Shown in pieces: positions 57,992 to 64,000 of a stretch of DNA of 64,000 bases. The stretch's first letter is position 1; every line of letters starts with the position of its first letter. A program made the position numbers and the translations under genes. Source of the DNA: an uncultured delta proteobacterium (GTDB taxonomy: Bacteria > Desulfobacterota > Binatia > UBA9968); NCBI GenBank assembly GCA_963816145.1, contig CAWFJP010000002.1, positions 160,001-224,000 on the forward strand, written 5' to 3'. The notes below the pieces were generated by a model. It did not search any database, was not told where the DNA came from, and saw only the letters and a program-made list of their open reading frames with translations.

Positions 57992-58948
57992 TTATGGCAC
58001 TTTGCGTTGTAGTTTGATGAATCGCTTCTTTTCGGTCGGGTAAGCCACGAGATCGTGTTGCTCGACCTGATCAAATTGCAGTAATCCGGTGATCTGGTCC
58101 AAAACATAGTCTCCAGTCATTGGGTTGCTGCGATTAGAGAAAGTGAGGAATTCATAGTTCTCGGGGAACAGACTTCGAAGTTCTTCATCACTTTTAATGC
58201 TAACCGGACTTTTGGGATTTGCGGATAGTTCAAACTCTACGATCGGTCGGTGTTTGCGAAGGGTGCGTTCTAACCCCTTAAGAGCCAACTTTTCATAGCC
58301 CTCAATGTCCATCTTAATCAGATCGACTGAAGTGACACCGGCCTGTTCAAGTACATCGTCGCCAATGCGAATCTCAAGACTATCTTCCGGCGGGTTTGGC
58401 GAGCCAAATTCCTTAACGAACGAGCCCATTCCCAAATTACTTTCGGGAGGAGCGTAAAACGGCTTCTTTGAATTTTCATTTCCCAGTCCGAACGAATGGA
58501 TGACGACGTTCTTGAGCCGATTGATTTCAATGTGCCGGCGAAGCTTTTTTAAGACAGGCTCCCATGGCTCGAACGCGTGGATTTCTCGAGCATAGCGAGA
58601 CATGAAGAGGGAATGCTGCCCGGTGTTCGCGCCGATGTCGAGAAATACGCCTTGATCGGGATATGCCGATGTCATGACGTCTCGAAGGAAAAACAATACC
58701 GGCTTTTCGTAAGCTCCATAAAAAAAGATATTTTTGTCGATAAGGTTCCCGGTATTTCCTTCGTAGCGGACCCCATTAATTTCAGCGGTGAAATCAAAAT
58801 CTTTAGCGCCATAGCAGGCGGATATATTTGTCGCGCTTTCCCAGCACCGGTATATAAGCGAGAACTGCGGAAAATCTAAAAAGTAAAAATAGCTAAGGAA
58901 TCCAATAGCCGTAACCGCGGCGGCGCCGAGTAGTTTAATAGCTTTCAG
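57992..58948 (-). CDS. FkbM family methyltransferase with N-terminal TM; probable CTG start
   Basis: FLDIGANTG, HAFEP, IKMDIEGYE; frame open upstream through YGAYEKP to an AAGGAG-6 nt-CTG; visibly AT-rich. Confidence 0.8.
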   Translation of the reverse strand: MKAIKLLGAAAVTAIGFLSYFYFLDFPQFSLIYRCWESATNISACYGAKDFDFTAEINGVRYEGNTGNLIDKNIFFYGAYEKPVLFFLRDVMTSAYPDQGVFLDIGANTGQHSLFMSRYAREIHAFEPWEPVLKKLRRHIEINRLKNVVIHSFGLGNENSKKPFYAPPESNLGMGSFVKEFGSPNPPEDSLEIRIGDDVLEQAGVTSVDLIKMDIEGYEKLALKGLERTLRKHRPIVEFELSANPKSPVSIKSDEELRSLFPENYEFLTFSNRSNPMTGDYVLDQITGLLQFDQVEQHDLVAYPTEKKRFIKLQRKVP

Positions 58949-59147
58949 AACAATCTCCTTTCCGTTGGTCGCTCCAATGGGCTAACTCCCGATGCTCCGC
59001 TCGGTTGTTCTTCTTCTGCTATCGGTTGAGTTCCTTATTATATTTTTTGGACCGAGAAATCGCTTCATGGCCAAATTTCCACGGCCATATTACTGCATTA
59101 GGTTGGCGACCGCTACAAAAACCAAGGACCACGTCGGCGACTGAAAC

Positions 59148-59822
59148 TCATCGGTTAGCCAGCCGCGATTCTAAGCGGCCGGCGTAACGCGACATGGCGT
59201 AGCTGCATAGCCAATAGACGATGGCGATAAACAGATAGAGCTCGAAGGGTCGGATTTCTCGGTTGTTGACGATCTGGGCGGCTTTGGTGAGGTCGACGTA
59301 GCCGATGATCGAGGCCAAAGAAGTATCTTTCAAGAGAACGATGAATTGGGTGAGTAGCGCCGGGATCATATTGCGCAGTGCTTGCGGCAAGATGACATGG
59401 AGCATCAGTTGATTCTTGGAAAGACCGGTGGCGGTGGCGGCTTCGACCTGGCCCCGCGGCACGGACTGGATGCCGGCGCGGATGATTTCCGCCAGGTAAG
59501 CGGCTTCGAAGATGACAAAAGCGGTGAGGGCGACGGCGTATTCCGGCAGCGATTTGCCCGCCAAGGTCGGGATGATGAACCAGAACCAAAAAATTACCAT
59601 CACCAACGGCACGCCGCGGAAGAATTCTACATAGACCTTCGCCGGAGCGTAGAACCAGCGCGATTGCGACAGGCGCGCCAAGCCGACCAGCATGCCGAGT
59701 ATGGTTCCCAAGACGATGGCGGGGATGGCCAAGCGCAAAGTGCCGCCGGTAAACGCGCCAATGCCAAGAAACCCTTGGACGATCAAGAAAACGAAATTAT
59801 TGGCGATGACCTGAAAGTCCAT
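59148..59822 (-). CDS. Polar amino acid ABC transporter permease
   Basis: YVEFFRGVPL, AEIIRAGIQSVPRGQVEAA, LLKDTSL. Confidence 0.92.
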   Translation of the reverse strand: MDFQVIANNFVFLIVQGFLGIGAFTGGTLRLAIPAIVLGTILGMLVGLARLSQSRWFYAPAKVYVEFFRGVPLVMVIFWFWFIIPTLAGKSLPEYAVALTAFVIFEAAYLAEIIRAGIQSVPRGQVEAATATGLSKNQLMLHVILPQALRNMIPALLTQFIVLLKDTSLASIIGYVDLTKAAQIVNNREIRPFELYLFIAIVYWLCSYAMSRYAGRLESRLANR

Positions 59823-59823
59823 C

Positions 59824-60549
59824 TCACGATGCTCCGGTCTGTCCGTGGGCGATCATGCCGGGGATAGCGACGCGCCGCTCGACGCTGGCCATGATCGACG
59901 CGATGGCAAGGCAGAGAACCAAGTAAATAATCGTGCCCGCGGCTAGGGCTTCGAAGGCTCTGGCGGTGTAGGTCTCGATCTGCCGGGTTTGAAAGGTCAA
60001 CTCGGCGACGCCGATGGTGAGCGCGACAGAGGAGTTCTTGAGCAGGTTGACGGCTTCATTGGTTGCCGGCGGGATGATTAAACGGAGGGCGATGGGGATA
60101 ATGATGAGCCGGTAAGCCTGGCTGACGGTGAGGCCGGTGGAAAGCGCGGCTTCCAACAGGGTCTTGGGGATCGACTGAATGCCCGCGCGCATTACCTCGG
60201 AAAAGCGCGCGCCGTGGTAAACGCCCAAGGCGAATACGCCGGCCCAAAACTCGACGCCGTTATTGAAGAGCCAGTCTTGCATCGCTTGCGGCAACAACGG
60301 CGGCACACCGAAGTACCAAAAAAACATCCACACCAGCAGCGGCACATTGCGAAAAAATTCGACATAGCCGCTCGCAAGCCAACGCAAAGGCGCAATCGGC
60401 GCGGTCCTCAGTGCGCCGGCGACGGTGCCGAGAATGATGGCGATGAGCAGGCCGAGAACGAAAATGTGCAAGGTGGTGAGAACTCCTTGCAACAGCCAGC
60501 CGCCCGACTGCCCGGTCCAGAGTACGCTCCAGTTGAAGTGGTAATTCAT
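59824..60549 (-). CDS. Polar amino acid ABC transporter permease
   Basis: YVEFFRNVPLL, EVMRAGIQS, LLKNSS. Confidence 0.92.
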   Translation of the reverse strand: MNYHFNWSVLWTGQSGGWLLQGVLTTLHIFVLGLLIAIILGTVAGALRTAPIAPLRWLASGYVEFFRNVPLLVWMFFWYFGVPPLLPQAMQDWLFNNGVEFWAGVFALGVYHGARFSEVMRAGIQSIPKTLLEAALSTGLTVSQAYRLIIIPIALRLIIPPATNEAVNLLKNSSVALTIGVAELTFQTRQIETYTARAFEALAAGTIIYLVLCLAIASIMASVERRVAIPGMIAHGQTGAS

Positions 60550-60555
60550 GGGAAA

Positions 60556-60651
60556 CTAGGCAACAGGCATCAGGCAATAGGCAACAGCAAGAATTCCGAT
60601 TGATCTTAGCGCGGACTATTGCCTGTCATGCCTTGTGCCTATTGCCTGTTT
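60556..60651. repeat. Inverted tandem heptamer repeat hairpin inside the ABC operon
   Basis: (aggcaac/aggcaat)n facing (ttgcct)n. Confidence 0.75.
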
Positions 60652-61509
60652 CTATTTCGGCACCACTTGCAGTTGCAGGAAGCGCTTGTTCTCCGGGGTG
60701 AGCGGGTAGGGGACTTCACTTTTGGCGCCGAACCACTTTTCGTAGAGGTCGAAGTAGAGTCCGGAGGAGATTGCGTCCATCAGACCGACATTGACCACGA
60801 GGCGAAAATCCGAATCGTTTTTGCGCATCGCCATGCCGTAGGGATCGTAGGAGAAAAAATCGCCGACCACTGTCCAGTCATCCGACTTAGGCGCCTTGGC
60901 TTTCAATCCGGCGAGCTGAATGCCGTCGTTGGTGTAGGCGTCGACTTGGCGCTGGGAGAGCGCTTGAAAGGCAGCGGGTTGGTCCTGGAACTCCACGAGT
61001 TTGGCGGTAGGCACTTTTTCCCGGATGATCTTGGCGTTGGTCGAGCCTTGCTGGGCGGCGATGCGTTTGCCGGCGATACTCTGAATGCCTTTGACTGGGC
61101 TGCCTTTGCGGACAAGAAACTGTGCACCGGTGACGAAGAAGGTTAGGCTGAAGTCGACCTGCTCGCGTCGCACCTGGGTGTCGGTCATGGTCTCGGCGAT
61201 CAGATCGACGGCGTTGGATGTTAGCAGCGGGATGCGTGTCGGCACCGTCGATTCTTTCTTCTCGAGTTTGATCTGTTTGTTGAGCTTCTTACTGAGGGCC
61301 GGCAGTATCGCTTGCTCGACCAGACTGATGGAGAAGCCAACCCACTCGTTGCTCTTGTTGACGTAGGCGAAAGGCGGCGATCCGGTGCGCGTGCCAATGA
61401 TCAACGTGCCGCTTTTGTCGATTTTCTCCAGAGTGTTTTGGGCAAAGCTAGAGCTCGTCGTCGCTACGGCGATAAAAAGCGCGACGAGGAATGTAACCGA
61501 TGGTTTCAT
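60652..61509 (-). CDS. Polar amino acid (Glu/Asp-type) ABC substrate-binding protein
   Basis: PPFAY, RIPLL, REQVDFS, QQGST, DAYTNDG. Confidence 0.9.
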   Translation of the reverse strand: MKPSVTFLVALFIAVATTSSSFAQNTLEKIDKSGTLIIGTRTGSPPFAYVNKSNEWVGFSISLVEQAILPALSKKLNKQIKLEKKESTVPTRIPLLTSNAVDLIAETMTDTQVRREQVDFSLTFFVTGAQFLVRKGSPVKGIQSIAGKRIAAQQGSTNAKIIREKVPTAKLVEFQDQPAAFQALSQRQVDAYTNDGIQLAGLKAKAPKSDDWTVVGDFFSYDPYGMAMRKNDSDFRLVVNVGLMDAISSGLYFDLYEKWFGAKSEVPYPLTPENKRFLQLQVVPK

Positions 61510-61519
61510 AGATCGCTCC

Positions 61520-62248
61520 TCAGTGTGAAAGTATCTTGCTCAAAAATTGCTGGGCTCTGGCCGACTGCGGTGCCGCGAAAAATGTTTCCGGTTCGGCGGT
61601 TTCGACAATTTTCCCCTGATCCATGAAGACGACGCGGTGGGCGACACGTCGGGCAAAGCCCATCTCATGGGTCACCACCACCATGGTCATGCCGTCTTTG
61701 GCTAGATCGGTCATGACTTCGAGCACTTCGTTTATCATCTCGGGATCGAGGGCGGAGGTCGGCTCATCGAAAAGCATGACCTTGGGTTTCATCGCCAACG
61801 CGCGGGCGATGGCGACGCGCTGCTGCTGGCCGCCGGAGAGATTAGCCGGATAGACCTCTGCTTTGTCGGGAATGCCGACGCGCTCCAATAATTCTTTGGC
61901 GGTTTTTTCGGCTTGGGCGGAGGCGATGTTTCTGACCTTAACCGGCGCCAACATGATATTTTGCAACACCGTCATATGCGGGTACAGATTGAACGACTGG
62001 AACACCATGCCGACGTTGGCGCGCAGCTTGGCGGCGTCGAGTTTGGGGTCCGTCAGCGACAACCCGTCGACGATGATCTCGCCGGATTGAATGGTTTCGA
62101 GGCGATTGATGCAACGGATAAGTGTGCTCTTGCCGCTGCCGCTCGGGCCGCAGACCACGACCACGTTCCCCGCGGCGATGCTCAGGTCGATGTCGCTCAG
62201 CACATGTAGCGCGCCGAACCATTTGTTGACCTTGCGAAATTCGATCAC
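61520..62248 (-). CDS. Polar amino acid ABC transporter ATP-binding protein
   Basis: [35 protein letters not shown]. Confidence 0.95.
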   Translation of the reverse strand: MIEFRKVNKWFGALHVLSDIDLSIAAGNVVVVCGPSGSGKSTLIRCINRLETIQSGEIIVDGLSLTDPKLDAAKLRANVGMVFQSFNLYPHMTVLQNIMLAPVKVRNIASAQAEKTAKELLERVGIPDKAEVYPANLSGGQQQRVAIARALAMKPKVMLFDEPTSALDPEMINEVLEVMTDLAKDGMTMVVVTHEMGFARRVAHRVVFMDQGKIVETAEPETFFAAPQSARAQQFLSKILSH

Positions 62249-62428
62249 GATGGTTGCAGACTTGGAGAAAGAGTTGATTGCAAAACGCTGGTCGGCATAC
62301 TATATCAACAACGGCTTTTTGCAAGAATAATTGGCGCTTTCGCCGATCTCGGTCATAAGCTTGCAATCGGCCAATCCGGAAAATACTGAGTGGTTCTTGG
62401 GAACTGAGCAGCGAGGACTTGGGCGGCC

Positions 62429-62887
62429 GTGGATTGTTATCTGATGCGCCATGGGGAGGCGGTTTCAGGGGTGCCTGACTGGCAACGGCCGCTGTCGGAC
62501 AGAGGGCGCGCCCAAGTCCGTGCGGTGGCGGGACGCGCGCGCAGCCGCGGCGTCTCGGTCACTTGGGTCTACCATTCCGGGATCTTGCGAGCGCAACAGA
62601 CCGCTGAGCTGGTCACGGCGGTGCTGGCTCCCGAACAGGGCGTCCAGGAAATCAGCGGACTATGCCCGGACGACGACCCTGTGATCGTCAAGGCCCAGGT
62701 CGACGACGTTGCTCGATCGGTGCTGCTGGTCAGTCATTTGCCTTATCTCGGCCGACTCGCCGGTTTGATGACGACCGGCAACGCCGAGCATTCGGGTATC
62801 GAGTTCGCGCCGGCGACACTGGTTTGCCTGACCCGGCATGCCAATGGGTGGAAGTTCGACTGGTCGTTATCTGCGGCGTCGCCGTGA
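62429..62887 (+). CDS. sixA: Phosphohistidine phosphatase SixA
   Basis: YLMRHGEA, RPLS..G, HSGILRAQQTA, LVSHLP. Confidence 0.85.
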   Translation: MDCYLMRHGEAVSGVPDWQRPLSDRGRAQVRAVAGRARSRGVSVTWVYHSGILRAQQTAELVTAVLAPEQGVQEISGLCPDDDPVIVKAQVDDVARSVLLVSHLPYLGRLAGLMTTGNAEHSGIEFAPATLVCLTRHANGWKFDWSLSAASP

Positions 62888-62959
62888 CCCGGTTGACCGG
62901 CGCATGGCGATGGTCTAATAAATAAAAAAGGTGAACGAGCTCGTGGTGGTGAAAGGTAA

Positions 62960-64000
62960 ATGCCAATGGCTTCAGAGACTTTAACGATTATCGACAACCG
63001 AACCGGAAAACAGTACGAGATTCCGATCAAACACGGCGCCATCAAGGCGACGGATTTGTTCCAGATAAAAATCTCTGAAGACGATGGGATCGTCAGTTAC
63101 GATCCGGGTTTCATGAACACGGCGTCTTGCCAAAGCAAGATTACTTATATCGACGGCGACAAAGGCATCCTGCGCTACCGCGGCTATCCGATCGAGCAAA
63201 TCGCCGAGAAGAGCACGTTCCTGGAAACCGCCTATCTGATTCTCAACGGCGAACTGCCGACCCAGGCGCAATTGGACGACTTCTCGCACCACGTTACATA
63301 TCACTCGATCATTCACGAAAACATCAAAAAGCTCATAGACGGCTTCCATCACGACGCCCATCCGATGGGCATGCTGGTCAGCACCGTGGGAGCCTTGTCG
63401 ACGTTTTACCCCAGCGCGAAAAAGATCTTCGACGCGCAGAACCGGCGCGAGCAGACCTATCGATTAGTCGGCAAGATGCCGACTTTGGCGGCGTTCGCCT
63501 ATCGCCATAGCCTAGGATTGCCCTTTTCTTATCCCGACAATGACTTGAGCTACACCGGAAATTTCTTGAACATGTTGTTCAAGATGACCGAGCTCAAGTA
63601 CAAGCCCAATCCGGTGCTGGAACGTGCTTTCGACATCCTTTTCATCTTGCACGCCGATCATGAACAGAACTGCAGCACCAACGCCATGCGCGGCATTGGC
63701 AGCTCGCAGGTGGACCCTTATTCATCGGTAGCCGGGGCGGCGGCGGCGCTCTATGGGCCGCTCCACGGCGGCGCCAACGAAGCGGTGTTGCGCATGTTGA
63801 TGGAAATTGGCTCCAAGAACAAAGTTCCCGAGTTTATAGAAAAGGTTAAAGGCGGCTCGGGACGCTTGATGGGCTTCGGCCATCGAGTTTACAAGAACTA
63901 CGATCCACGCGCGCGCATCATCAAAAACATCGCCGACCAGGTATTCGACGTGATGGGCAAAAATCCGCTGCTCGAAATCGCCCTGGAGCTGGAACGGATC
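62960..64000 (+). CDS. gltA: Citrate synthase (type II), truncated by the window end
   Basis: YDPGFMNTASC, IDGDKGILRYRGYP, HADHEQNCST, GPLHGGANE, MGFGHRVYKNYDPR; absent from the ORF track because there is no stop in the window. Confidence 0.95.
   Translation, partial: MPMASETLTIIDNRTGKQYEIPIKHGAIKATDLFQIKISEDDGIVSYDPGFMNTASCQSKITYIDGDKGILRYRGYPIEQIAEKSTFLETAYLILNGELPTQAQLDDFSHHVTYHSIIHENIKKLIDGFHHDAHPMGMLVSTVGALSTFYPSAKKIFDAQNRREQTYRLVGKMPTLAAFAYRHSLGLPFSYPDNDLSYTGNFLNMLFKMTELKYKPNPVLERAFDILFILHADHEQNCSTNAMRGIGSSQVDPYSSVAGAAAALYGPLHGGANEAVLRMLMEIGSKNKVPEFIEKVKGGSGRLMGFGHRVYKNYDPRARIIKNIADQVFDVMGKNPLLEIALELERI

Overview
A GC-rich, densely coding bacterial chromosomal window. The gene content and repeat families (many Bug/TctC and other orphan ABC solute-binding proteins, REP-like and heptamer intergenic repeats) resemble Candidatus Binatia or a related deltaproteobacterial lineage; this is an inference. 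Main blocks in order: two convergent MBL-fold genes; a 7-gene MoxR/DUF58/vWA/DUF4159/DUF4175 operon; an orphan EutA-like ATPase; a small membrane protein-TPR-ferredoxin-carboxyltransferase operon; hisI-hisG; a CutA-NUDIX fusion; a translationally coupled operon of a divergent tryptophanase-family PLP enzyme, an acyl-CoA ligase and two SDRs; a ClpX-zinc-finger protein; a truncated restriction-modification gene; DyP; amidohydrolase; CapA; IorAB-type molybdoenzyme with a sigma-54 promoter; three tandem TctC genes; lemA-htpX; ridA; corA; a macro-domain gene; grdC-like plus grdA; sthA; an IS remnant beside an AT-rich FkbM gene; a polar amino-acid ABC transporter; sixA; and the 5' part of gltA. The strongest feature missed by the ORF track is the selenoprotein GrdA (52425-52880), with an in-frame UGA in ECFV-U-TAAGAM followed by a SECIS-like hairpin. 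It is paired with a grdC-like gene, but grdB, grdD, grdE and trx are not nearby. Several small frameshifts (grdC three times, macro domain twice, amidohydrolase, SsuA-like C-terminus) look like long-read indel errors rather than true pseudogenes. No rRNA, tRNA or CRISPR array was recognised. All family calls come from motif recognition, not database searches.
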